Shown in pieces: positions 27,166 through 39,200 of a stretch of 64,000 nt of DNA (its first letter is position 1; each line of letters opens with the position of its first letter). The DNA lies in NCBI GenBank assembly GCA_036172245.1, contig JAYWIR010000039.1, positions 434,001 to 498,000 of the forward strand, written 5' to 3'. The notes under the pieces were generated by a model that was not told the DNA's origin, ran no database searches, and worked only from the letters and a program-made list of their open reading frames with translations. The position numbers and the translations under genes are program-made. This stretch comes from Raillietiella orientalis (taxonomy: Eukaryota).

Positions 27166-27490
27166 CAGTCCGAGGGTGGAGGTCCACCCATCCTGGAGTC
27201 ACCCGTGGAGCACCAGGAGGGAATCGGCGAGGCACACGCCGACCTGACGGTCGCAAGTGACTGCGGGAGGCACTCACCACCGCCCCACGCCCTGCATCTG
27301 CGCGTCGGATGGACGCGCGCAGGGCCCTTCCGTTGCAGCCTCCTTCTGCGCCCACCCCTTCACCCGTGCGCCGGCCGTCTTTACACCCGCGGATGGCGCT
27401 GGCCCGCTAGGAAGTCGCCCTGAGACTGCGTCCCTGGTCTTGAGCCTGCTCTTCGGGGTCTCTGCACCTTGCTACGCTCTCCCTGGGGAG
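27166..27490. repeat. Inverted repeat IR1, right arm
   Basis: Reverse complement of 25910-26239. Confidence 0.95.
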
Positions 27491-28639
27491 AGGGCGTCCT
27501 GCCCCTCTTCCGACTGCGCCCTGCCCCGCAAGCGGATTTCTGCTTGCGGCGGTTCCTTCTTCGGGAGTTCCCAGTGCCGGGCATAGCGGCGGGATGCTGT
27601 GCGGCAGAAGACCGGACGGGTCCAGGAGTGAGCATCTCTCGCTCCCTGAGGCCGGACTGTCCTTCCCTTTCAGTCCCCGGGGAAGTGACTCGTCGCCGAG
27701 GAGTGGCTATGGAGGCTTCCTGTCACTCCTGTCTTCACGGGGCTGCTCCTGAGTGGGCCTCTTCCCTGCTGCGCGCTTCTCCCGACTTTCGCTGGGCAGC
27801 CACTGTGGAGGGATGCCCGCCTTACGGGACTGCCGCCGCCCCGCGTAACGGCCGATTTCCGCTTTCCTTCCGCGGTTTCGTCCAGAGCCTCCTGCTGTTT
27901 ACGTCGGAGAGAGAAGCCGCTTCCTGGAAGCATTCCAGGAAAAGGAGAAGACACCTAACTTCCTGGAAGACACATCACCGTCCTTCGGCACCATCTTCCA
28001 TTTTCTTGGGAGATACGCTGGACCGGACACTTCCCGTTTAAGTTGTCTGCGCAACAACACAACGTCTTCTCGGCTGCCTGTTGGACGCTCCCCGAGAGGC
28101 CTTTGTTCTTCCGCCGTCGCCTCCCCGTGGACCAGGTGGCCGCTGCGTCCATCCCGCATCCGCAAGCGGCGAAGGAGAGGGTGGTCCTCCTTCACCGGCG
28201 TGGCTGGAGTGTTGACAGATGGTGCACCCTCTGCCCTTGCCTCAGCTGCCCCCCAGTCGAGAGCGACACTCGATCCGGGTACCCGGCTCCTTCCCTGGGT
28301 GTGCGTGCAATGAAAGGCGGAAGGAGAGTTACGGAGGTCTCCCAGGACGAGAAAAAGTTAGACCCCTGCGCAGCCGTTGGGTTTGCTGCACATTCGCGAG
28401 AGACGGGTGCGACTTCTCCCACCTTGCACTTTTTGGAGAGCATCGACGCGCCATTCCGGAGACCTTGAGCTTCCAGGAAGCACAGAGTCCTCGAGGTGCG
28501 TGAACAGGTCAGCTGCCTCCATCTTTCCTTTTCTCGTTGCCCATCGCTTCCGCCGTTCGAGTCGGCTGGTGGACTCGCCGCCAGCGACCTCTGCAGTTGC
28601 TGCTGTCTGGGCGGATGGGAAGCTATATGAAGGATATGC

Positions 28640-28960
28640 AGATGGATGGACGGAGCCGGTGAGTGTCCTGAAGAGACAGGCCGCCGTTTCGTGAGGAGCT
28701 CTACGAAGATCCCCCTGCGGCGTTTGTCCGGAGCAGTTAAGGCGAACTTGACGAAGAGAGATCCCTCTTGAGAGCGATGCACGTAGAGGGATGGTCCACT
28801 TGATGAGGAAGGTCAGGAAGTGTGAACCGGATCCCTCGATAGGAATGACCTTCAAGTCAACTCCGTCAGCGAGTGGTCTCAGGCTCAGTCCACCGAAGAA
28901 CCGGGTCCTCAAGGCGTGATCAGCGGGGCTTCTCGGTGCATCCACGGTCGGTACGCCCAC
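28640..28960 (-). mobile_element. Decayed Tx1-like LINE ORF1 (zinc-knuckle region)
   Basis: LIKWTIP...QVRLNCSGQTPQGDLRRAPHETAAC matches the IP....v.YxGQ..CxxC...GHx4C layout with the first cysteines lost. Confidence 0.6.
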
Positions 28961-29179
28961 TCTACGACCGTCTCTGCCGGAGAGGAGGCGTCTCCCGCCC
29001 TGGGGCTGCGCCGGAAGACCTCTTCCGCCTCGGGCAGAAGTCCCTGCCCCTCACAGACTTTGAGGAGGAGAATGGAAGGAGGAGGAAGAAGAAGGGAAGA
29101 GGAAGAGGCAATGGGAATGTGGCTTTTTCTTTCCGCAGAGACTACTAAGGAAATCGAAAAAAAAGGGGAAAAACACCTG

Positions 29180-29420
29180 TCCGGGCATATGAGGAGGCGG
29201 TCTGCCCCCGCCGGGTGTCAAGGGCACCTGGTCCAGTCCGATTCCCTGCTCCATTCTTCGGTTGCTCAGAAAGAACTGTCCAGTTCCCTACGAACTTTGC
29301 AGGAAGCCAATAGACTTTTTCTGGGAGCTATGCGGGAAGCAGGATGTGTCCCATGGTGTGCAAAGGACCCTTATGGTGGGGTGGGGGAGCAATCCTTTCG
29401 ATCATTTCGACCTTTTTCTG
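29180..29420 (+). mobile_element. Decayed LINE post-RT fragment
   Basis: RLFLGAMREAGCVPWCAKDPYGGVG (cf. FLW......P...GGLG). Confidence 0.4.
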
Positions 29421-30901
29421 CGGCAGCGCCGAGCGTTCTAGAGGAACACCGGGATCATTTCTGGAGAGCGAAGATGCAGCTCCCAGTCTGTGGAGCCGAA
29501 GGGAGGGATTCGGCTTTCTGCTCCGGGCGAGCCGCCGCTCCAGTGCGCGTCGGAGGTCGCCCAGATCGGAAGGGGAACTGTCCTTTCCAGAATTCTGCCT
29601 TTACCCGCGAGGTTCGAGCACCCACCCCCTTCTCTTCAGGCCGTCCCTCGGAGGAGGGCGAGCCTGAAGAGAGGCTCGGAAGGTTCGCATCCGGTCACCA
29701 AGCGCGTGGGCTCCTTGTCCTGGCGAGCGCGTTCGTTCGCGCAGAGCGCCCATCCCTCACATCCTCGGAGCTGCCCGTAGGAGAGGACGCTCTCTCGACG
29801 GGGAGAGTTCCGAGCGGCGGCGGCGGCGGAGGGGGGGGGGGAGGAGGAGAAGAGCAAGGGATCTTCCGCGGCAGCAGCCTCCCCGCAAGATTGATGGAAG
29901 CGCGAATGGAGCGGGCAGAGCTTCTGTTGCGAGTCCGACGCGGAGAGCCGTGACTCACCCCGCGCCAATATTCCGAGGCTTTCCGGGAAGCAAGGAGGGA
30001 ATCCAAACAATGTAATAATGGCGCGAGATTATGGCTCAGATATTGTCCTCGTGACGTCATCCATGAAATCGAAGGGCGGGAGAAGGAGTACGCGAGCGAG
30101 CGCGTTCAATCATCTCTAATCGAGGAAAAGCGTTTGCGCAGGGCTTCTCGCGCATGCGCGGGGTCAGGAGAAACGTACCTCCCTCATTCTTGCGCTTTGC
30201 CCGTCCGGGATGGTACGTTACGTTCGTCCGCCCTCCGTCACCCCCTTTTTCGGGAAAAGAGGGAACATCGGAGACCCCGCCGCGCACCCTCCAGGGGGAG
30301 TCCCTTGTTTTTTTTTATTTCTTCCCCCCTCCCCTCCTTGCTTTCTCTGCTCCCGTCTAGGTGCCGTACGGGGATCAGTACGGAGGGCCCAGTGGCACTG
30401 GAAGCGGCAGCGGGGAAGTAGCTTCTCGGAAGCCACAGGACGGAAGAGTGCTGTCAGGAAGGTTCTGCAGTGTCCCTGGGCGTGCGCGAACGACGTCCGT
30501 CCGTCGCGGGCGATACCGCGCATCCCTCCGGTCTTCACGGCAGGGGAACAGGGGCTGTGTCCCGAAAAAGAGTCCTCCTCCGCCTTCCTCCCGTGTCGAT
30601 TCGAACGGCGGGACAGAGGGGAAAGGCAGCGAGGTCGTCCTCAAGGAAGACATCGTTGCCGCCGCTGCCATCGCGTTTCCACGACTGCCGCTCCCCGGTG
30701 ACAGCGGGTCTGACAAAATGAACCCGTCAACTGGGTGGAAAGGACCGCACGCTCCCTGCCGCCGAAAACACCAGCGGCTTCCGAAGGGATCGGCAGCGCT
30801 CAGGCATCTCGGGGAGCCCCGTCATCTACGCCTCTTATGCGTGCGACGCCCAGCCACCCTCAATATGGACCGGAGATGCTGGAAGCTGAGCGAAGCAGAA
30901 T

Positions 30902-30938
30902 CTACACTTTGATCTCAGTTAAAAGGCCGAGAAGCGAT
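30902..30938 (-). pseudogene. U2: 3'-truncated U2 snRNA fragment (nt ~1-37), copy B
   Basis: Minus strand reads ATCGCTTCTCGGCCTTTTAACTGAGATCAAAGTGTAG, 34/37 to the U2 5' consensus. It ends within the branch-site-pairing GTAGTA. Confidence 0.92.
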
Positions 30939-31389
30939 GCGGGATCTGCGGGATGCAGATTTTGGTGGCTTCGGGCCAGAAGTCTCACAGCTTCCACGGA
31001 GCTTCCAAGAGCAAAGGACGTTCCAAGGAATGACCGGGTCGGGTCGTGCGTTCCTCGTTTCTGCTCTTGCACAACAAGGCCGCAGAATCTACCATAGTTT
31101 CAGTTGCTACGAAGCGGGGATGCTCCCAGGTATCTGTGGATACCTGGGAAGATCCTCAAGGTGACTGACGAGGAACTGTAAGTACTCCGGGAGCAATCGC
31201 ACGACCTCGAGAATGGCGGGCATGGGCTCGATGCCTCTACGAGAAGGCCCACGAAAGAAACTTGCCAGAGCCGATTTTTTTCCTCCTCCGAGCCGAGCAC
31301 AGAAAGAGAGAGGGAAACGAATCTTCAGGTTGTCTTCTCTTGCGGATGATGGGAAGCGCGTCGCGAAGAGCAGAAGACACGAAACCGTA

Positions 31390-32634
31390 CCATCTTTCTC
31401 CGTCCGACACTCCCGCCCCGCGGCCTCCTCCGGGCGTTCCCGCAGGACCCTCGGGACTCTCGCGCGATCCAGCTTCAAACCGGAGAGGAAGAGAAGCCGC
31501 GCGCGACGACGCGGGAAGCACACAGGATGTTTCCGGGTCGCAGCAGTCCAGGCGCGCAAGCACGCAGAGAACGCGAGCCGCTCCTCCTGCGGCAGCTGCC
31601 ACCCGTGGGTCTGTGCCGGGAGGAAACGTCGGCATCGAGGCACGCGACGAGCGCGCTCCGCGTGCGGAGGGGCGAGCGAAGGATCGGCAGAAACCAAGGA
31701 GTGAACAGGGGAGGGGTGGCGGGTCTGGATCGGTTTGCAGTACGCTTCGCCGCCTCCCGTCTGCTCGGCTTGCGGGAAGACGCCCCCCTTCACCTGTCCG
31801 TCCAGCTGGAGTCATCTTGTCTCTTCCGGGAGAAGAGTGGCGGCGCCAAGCCGCTCTGCTCCACACGGCTGGAGGACTTCCTGGTCCGTCGCCCTGGCGA
31901 CACGATTGCACGCGTTGCCCTGGCGTCCAGGTCGGCTAGGGAGCAGGGCCGCGGAGATGCGGGGGGGAAGACGGCGGCTGCTCGAAGGTCGGGACAAAGG
32001 CATGCGCGCACCGCACCGCGCCGCACGCAGGCGCGGCGGGACCCTTTCGGACTCGTTCGGCTGCAGCGGCTGAACCGGTTCGTCTACGAGAGGACTCCAC
32101 CTCGTTTCAGATGATCGGAAACGAAGAATTGCCGGAGGACGCGACCGTGTCCCACGCCGCAAGAAGGACGGCGATCCGGGGAGCTTGGCAGTCGTCGCGA
32201 AATGCGCGCGCCCCTGCATGCGGCTTGGACCAACCCCGGCCGGCTGCTTCCAGGGTCGTCCATCGTTTCATGCAGGAGGCATCGGCGGGCGGCGGGAGGC
32301 ACCGAGTTCTCGTCGGACTGCGTGATACATTAAATAGCATCCGCGAGTGGGGGCGATGGGATGATGGCGATTCCTTTCGAATGCCGTTTCCGGGTCGGAC
32401 GAACCCCTCCCTCTCCCCCCTCCAGGCTCTTTGGCGAGACCCGGGATCGTCGGCTCTCCGTGGTCTCGCGATCCCAGGAAGGGACTGCGGGGGTCATCGG
32501 GTGCCTCCGCGCCGAGGCGGAGCTTCGAGTCCCCCACCGGCGGAGGGGGACGTCCACGACTGGCGCTCCACGGGGGGCGAACGTCCCGCCTCTTCCGATC
32601 ACGGTGTCATGTGATCCCTAACTGAGAAGCGAAG
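31390..32634. repeat. Inverted repeat IR2, left arm (~1245 bp)
   Basis: Reverse complement of 35004-36246. Only a few substitutions and 1-nt indels seen; several identical ORF translations appear on opposite strands. Confidence 0.98.
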
Positions 32635-35003
32635 AGAGGAAACGTGGGGCTGCCACCCCTACTGCCTTACAATCCGCCGGTCCGAGCTTCTGGAGATTCC
32701 TCTGAAAGATCCGGTGTTGCCCGTGTCAAAATCCTCTCCTCAGATTGCAGGAGTTGGTGCTGCCGGTGTTGCGGCACTGGCGTCTCCCAGGCAACCCGCG
32801 CCATCACCTCTGGACTGGGAGGGGTGCGGCCGCGGACTGTAGCAGCTGCGAAGAGAGGACGATCTTCTCGCACCCGTTTTTTGGGTGCGTTGCCCTTCAG
32901 ATTGCCCGGAAGCGCTAGACTGCGTCCCTGGACCCACCCAGTGACAACCCGAGAGACCTGTCGAGTTGCCTCTTCGGTCGCGGCGGAGCGTTGCCCGGGG
33001 CGTCGATCGCAGCTCCTCTCTGCTTGCGCGATGCCGCATGGCGCCGAGAAGCCACGACGAGGATGCATGCCGGACGACGAGAGACGCCATCCCGATGGTG
33101 GTCTCCTCCCTGAGGACGACCAAGACACGGCCGCACCTCGCTCGGCACAAGGAAGAACTCGCAGGCATCCCGCAAAGGCGGTGGAGGGAGCCAGGTAGAA
33201 AGGATGGGTTGACCTCTCCCCTCCTCCGGTATCCTCAATTGCAATTTCTTTTGCTATCCGTTGTCCGTTGGCTTCTTGTTTTCTCCCCTTCGTTGCCCAT
33301 CTGCTCGCCAAAGAGAATCGCTTCCGTGCCTTTGGGGTGCGGGACATAGCGAAACTGCAATCCCACTGCGCAGGAACGACCCTGCTTTCGAGGAGCTGAG
33401 GTCATGACCGGTCATTTGTAAGTGCACCCTTCTTTCCACAAGTAGCGATCCAGCGTGACCGGGTGGAGCTCCCGCACCTGCTTGTGGGTCGCGTTGTCCT
33501 CCGTCACCGGCGGTTCTTCGCGGGGCCACGGCTACCGGCACGACGGGGACCCGATCCTCTTCGCCGTTCGCTTCCTAAGGGTGCTCCATCCGGGAACCTA
33601 CACAGGGGGAACCCGCTGGAGTCCGGCAGGGTATGCAACGACCCTTCATGCAGGCTGTGACCCTTTCCAAACCCCCTCTTCCCTTTGTTTACATTCGCTT
33701 TGTTTTTTTTCCCTCCTTTTCGTCTGCTTGTCGCCCTGCAATCCGCTGCGGAGGCGGACCTCTCCGACCCACGTGCCGACCGGTGCCCCGGGCACGTTCA
33801 CGAGCGACTGCGGGCACCCATGGCTCCGCCGCCTACCACGATTTTTTCTCCTGATCGCCCCGGGGCAGCGAGGAGGCGAACAGAGCCAGGAAGGGCGGGA
33901 GGAGCGAACAAGGGCAGCCCGCGTTCCTGTTCCGAAGTTTCGAGAATGCGAGGCGGCGATCACCCTCCTCCTCCTCCTCCGCCGCCGCCGCCTTTTCCAT
34001 GGCGTTCCCGATGCAGGGAATTTCCAGGACGGGTCCGGGACTTCCGCATCTGTGATAACCGCCGGGCCGCTTAAATCGCCGTCGCGGCGGCGAGTGCGAG
34101 AGCGAGGCGGCTGCCGCGCGGCCATTCGGTTCCGGAAAACCAATAACAGCGGGCGCGGCCTTCCCCCGGAGGCATTTGCATGAAGGGGGAGGACGCTGTA
34201 TCTGATTACTCATCCTTGTAATCGCGCGTCCCTTCCATCATCCCTCTCTCATGCTCGAAAGATGAACCGCGTTTTTCGTCAGCGCTTTGTTCCAGCTCCT
34301 CGTTCCGGGAAGACACCTGTTCGCGAGCTGCGCTGCCAATCCCGACGGAAAGGGGGAGGAAGAAGCGGAGCGCTTTCCGGCTGGTGGGAAGCCGGGAAGT
34401 GCGACCCCCTCCCTCTCGCCCCCTTTCCGAGAAGGATGTCTGGTGGCGAAAGCCCCAGGCGCTATCGCACGCGCGCGACCCTCCTCCTCTGCCCAGGGAA
34501 GGTCTCTCTCTTCTCTCCCCCTTTTCCCCTTCGGAGGCAGGCGCGCGAGGAGGTGGCATTCACCCCTTCTATCCCTCTGCCCTCCCCTGCGGAGAGCAGT
34601 GAGGAGCTGCGAAAAGTCGCGCCCCTTCCTCGCTGCCAGAATCGGCGCTGCCCTGCCGCCGGAGCTGTGAGGGACGAGTCTCGAGCGGAATGAGACTGTG
34701 TCGTCGCGTTTCCACACGGCTCCGCAGATGCGTTTCCGGCTCTCACAACTGCAGTTCGGCAGGCAGCGCTCCCCGATGGACTTACAAGTACATAAGTATT
34801 TAATCAGATTCAATTAGAAGGAGGGATGGACGTGTGGGGGCACTGCGTTTTGGCGCATCTTTTGCAGCAGGAAGGAACAGGTATCCCCTGCGACCTCTTC
34901 AAGGACGTCCGCATCGCCCGTGGGCCGGGTCCGCGTTCCGTACGGGCCTCTCCTCGCGCGCCCGAAAAGAACGGCTTCCCACACCACGCCTCCATCAGGT
35001 CTC

Positions 35004-36246
35004 CTTCGCTTCTCAGTCAGGGATCACATGACACCGTGATCGGAAGAGGCGGGACGTTCGCCCCCCGTGGAGCGCCAGTCGTGGACGTCCCCCTCCGCCG
35101 GTGGGGGACTCGAAGCTCCGCCTCGGCGCGGAGGCACCCGATGACCCCCGCAGTCCCTTCCTGGGATCGCGAGACCACGGAGAGCCGACGATCCCGGGTC
35201 TCGCCAAAGAGCCTGGAGGGGGGAGAGGGAGGGGTTCGTCCGACCCGGAAACGGCATTCGAAAGGAATCGCCATCATCCCATCGCCCCCACTCGCGGATG
35301 CTATTTAATGTATCACGCAGTCCGACGAGAACTCGGTGCCTCCCGCCGCCCGCCGATGCCTCCTGCATGAAACGATGGACGACCCTGGAAGCAGCCGGCC
35401 GGGGTTGGTCCAAGCCGCATGCAGGGGCGCGCGCATTTCGCGACGACTGCCAAGCTCCCCGGATCGCCGTCCTTCTTGCGGCGTGGGACACGGTCGCGTC
35501 CTCCGGCAATTCTTCGTTTCCGGTCATCTGAAACGAGGTGGAGTCCTCTCGTAGACGAACCGGTTCAGCCGCTGCAGCCGAACGAGTCCGAAAGGGTCCC
35601 GCCGCGCCTGCGTGCGGTGCGGTGCGGTGCGCGCATGCCTTTGTCCCGACCTTCGAGCAGCCGCCGTCTTCCCCCCGCATCTCCGCGGCCCTGCTCCCTA
35701 GCCGACCTGGACGCCAGGGCAACGCGTGCAATCGTGTCGCCAGGGCGACGGACCAGGAAGTCCTCCAGCCGTGTGAGCAGAGCGGCTTGGCGCCGCCACT
35801 CTTCTCCCGGAAGAGACAAGATGACTCCAGCTGGACGGACAGGTGAAGGGGGGCGTCTTCCCGCAAGCCGAGCAGACGGGAGGCGGCGAAGCGTACTGCA
35901 AACCGATCCAGACCCGCCACCCCTCCCCTGTTCACTCCTTGGTTTCTGCCGATCCTTCGCTCGCCCCTCCGCACGCGGAGCGCGCTCGTCGCGTGCCTCG
36001 ATGCCGACGTTTCCTCCCGGCACAGACCCACGGGTGGCAGCTGCCGCAGGAGGAGCGGCTCGCGTTCTCTGCGTGCTTGCGCTCCTGGACTGCTGCGACC
36101 CGGAAACATCCTGTGTGCTTCCCGCGTCGTCGCGCGCGGCTTCTCTTCCTCTCCGGTTTGAAGCTGGATCGCGCGAGAGTCCCGAGGGTCCTGCGGGAAC
36201 GCCCGGAGGAGGCCGCGGGGCGGGAGTGTCGGACGGAGAAGGATGG
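35004..36246. repeat. Inverted repeat IR2, right arm (~1243 bp)
   Basis: Reverse complement of 31390-32634; spacer is 32635-35003 (2369 bp). Confidence 0.98.
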
Positions 36247-39200
36247 CGCGCGCAACCCGGAGCGTCACCAGGCGTCACCCTGGTAACGGAAGCGGCTCGG
36301 GCGGGGAACGACTGGGAACCTTCGGCGAGGTGCTTCCGCCGCCTGCTTCGCGTTTCGCCGTGCGTGCCAACGGCTCTCCGGTCGTAAACAAGGGGCAGCG
36401 CGCCAGCGGAATGCTTCAGACACCGCACGCGCACGCACACACTCACTCCCGGAAGGAGACAATGAGGGAGCAGCTGCGTCATCACCGTAGCGAGGGACTC
36501 CAGGCACGTACGGGATGGCCTCCCGCGAGGCGATTGCTGGTTGCGTCTGGCCATAACAAGGGAGCTCAAGTGATCGTTCGGGAGCGAGGCCTCCTCTGGA
36601 ATTGCAGCTTCAAGTGGAGCGATCTGTAATCAGCAACTTCTTTCCTCTTCTTTTTTTGTTTTTTGTTTTGTGTGTGTCTGGAAGGGGGAGGGGAAAGGGG
36701 AGGCGATTCTTTGGGAAGGGGACTGTCGAGCGCGCGCGGAAGAATACTTTGATGTTTCTTTGACGGAGCAGAGGGTAGACGGCTGAGGTAGGGCGTCTCC
36801 CATTGGATGCTTCGCTCGGAGCGGATGAGCTCTGCTTTTCCGCAGAACACCTCCACCTCCCCCCGCCTTCCTTCCCTCGTGACGCGCTTTCCTCCTCTGG
36901 GATTCCGCAGCCCGACCCACGAAGTGCTCTGTGCGGCGGCAGCGAGGCACTTTGCGAGAGCTCCCGCCGTCCGGAAGGGGGGGGCAGGGGGGATAGGGAA
37001 AGTGGCAGTTGGCCCACTCTGCAGGCGTGTCGAGGCCGTCCGTGGAGAGTGGGCGGCGAGTGAATCTCCCGGAACAGGCAGGTGGGAGTCGAGAGAGGGA
37101 AGCGCACGTTTCCGAAAGGATGCCCGCAGCGAGGCGGCGGGGGGAGAGAGCATCTCTCGAGATCCGAATATCTGGTGACGTTTCGAGGCTTTTTCTCCCT
37201 TTCTCTCCTTGTTTTTTCAGGGGCTCTCTCAGGATAAACTTGGAGCGACATCTCCTGTCCGCTCGCTCCTGCCGAAGAGAAACCGAAGGAGGGACGCTTG
37301 AGGCGCAGCCCGCTGCTCGGAATCCTGGCCCAGTTTCTCGGGGAAGCGAAAGCAGCGTCGGCAAGAAAGGGACGTTTGGTCTCGTTACTTTTCTGGGGTC
37401 TTCTCGGACACGTGGAGACGGCGGTGTGGAGGAAAAACTCCCCTTCGCCCTCGACTCGTTGGGGGCGCAATACTGAAATGCAGACGCGCTGGGCGTTCGC
37501 GAGCGAACTTTCAGGGCATCCCCAGCGGTTCGATCAGAGAGTGCCGCTCCACTCCGAACCACTTCAACGGCCTTCTTCGTGAGGTCGCGCGCGCGTCTCG
37601 CCTTCCTCCGCCGCGGTTGGTTGCCTGGTGGTCGCTGCCCCCGACTGCCGCAGCGGCCGCCGTTAACCCTGCCTTGTTTCAGGTCAAGCGAGCGAGCTAA
37701 CCAAGGACCGAAACTTCCACGGTGGGGAGGATCCGCTACAAGGAGCGTTTCTTGCACGCTTCTTCGGGGAGCAGCCGAAGTGATGGGAGGGGCTGCGGGG
37801 GAGGAGGGAGCTATCGGACGTCGCGATGGGGACCATGCTACAGACCCCAACCTCAAAGGAGTCCTTTTCTCCTCCTCCCTTCCACTTGCTTCTCTTCCTC
37901 CTCCTCCGGGTTCACGGGACGCTTCTCCGATAACGGCCGCTGGAGGCAGCGTCAGCACTGCACCTCCTTCGACGAGGCGCGCATCTCAGCGGAAGAGACG
38001 AGCGGCAACTGGCGAACGCGCACGGACCTGGCGCACCACTAACCGGCACGTCTTCGAGGGAACGAGGCGGCGGGTCCCTGGTCGGTACGACGGGACTGTT
38101 GTGCTTTTCCTTTCCCTGGGGACCGGTGCAGCTGGGACGGGAAGGGGCGGCTGTGAGGGGGACGGACGCTCTCGACCTCGAGAGAAACGTCAGCAGCGTA
38201 CCCGAAGAACGGCACTTGGCGGAATCCCTGGACGAGTGTGTGCGCCACTTGTCCCCGGAGGACAACCAGGTGCCCAGCCCCCGGGCGTGTGCACCGCATC
38301 GCCAGGGTCCTCCGCGGTAAGTTGCGGGAAGGACACCAGCGAGACCTACTTCGTGGTCGGGTCAACTCCCTTGGATGGGTCACATGCCAGCTGCCCGCAT
38401 TGCCAGAAGGCCCCCGAGGCCAAACCGTCCCGGTATCGCCGGCCCGCTGGTACTGCCCATCCTGTGGGGCCTTCCCGCGAGTGCCTCGTTTTCCTGCTCT
38501 TCTCCGCCGCTGACGCCACAGCAGGAGAGAGGTTCCGGAAGTCCCGTTGCGGAAGGGCCAGGACCATCCTGGAAGTTTCGGCTCGCCTCGCGACCCCACT
38601 GCTGCGCCGTCGGAGGGCGCTCCACTTCCCGCTGGCGCTTTCTTCCGGACGGCCGTACCCGGGAGATGCGGATGTGCCAGCGACCGCGTCCCCACGGAAC
38701 CGACCCGCGTGGATTTCGGCGTCGTCCTCTGGTCCTCGCCTTGACCGCCAGTCTCCCGGGCACCGCACCCTGCCGGCACCAGAGCGACGGTGAAGGCAAT
38801 GCCGTTCCACGGCGCGTGTCGCGGCGGGCGGGGAGCGGAAGGCGCCCTGGAGAATGGTGTCCTGAATGGTGTTCTGTCATGCTCGCCTGCAGATCTCGAG
38901 GGACACCGCTCGCTCTTCCGTGGCGTCGCCGCTGCAGCTGCGCTGTCGGGGACGCGGCAGCGTTCCCGCCCGCATCCGGCAGCGGACGTTCGCTCTCGCC
39001 GCCGGTCGGCGAGGCGTGCCTCCCGTCCTGCGGCCAGAGGGACACGGCCGGCCGGCAGGTCCGACCTGCACGGCGAGGCGGCATCGATTCACTCGGGACG
39101 CATTTCTGGCTGGAAAGCGCGCATTCTCGGGAAGCATCTCTCCCGCCTCGAATCGAGGCGTCTCCGGGCAACCACCTGAACGGAACGGCGCGTTGACGCC

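Noticed and set aside
35024..38793. Overlapping 414-, 442- and 404-aa ORFs
   Set aside because: Open on both strands and low complexity; the IR2 twin of the 414-aa frame is broken by indels.
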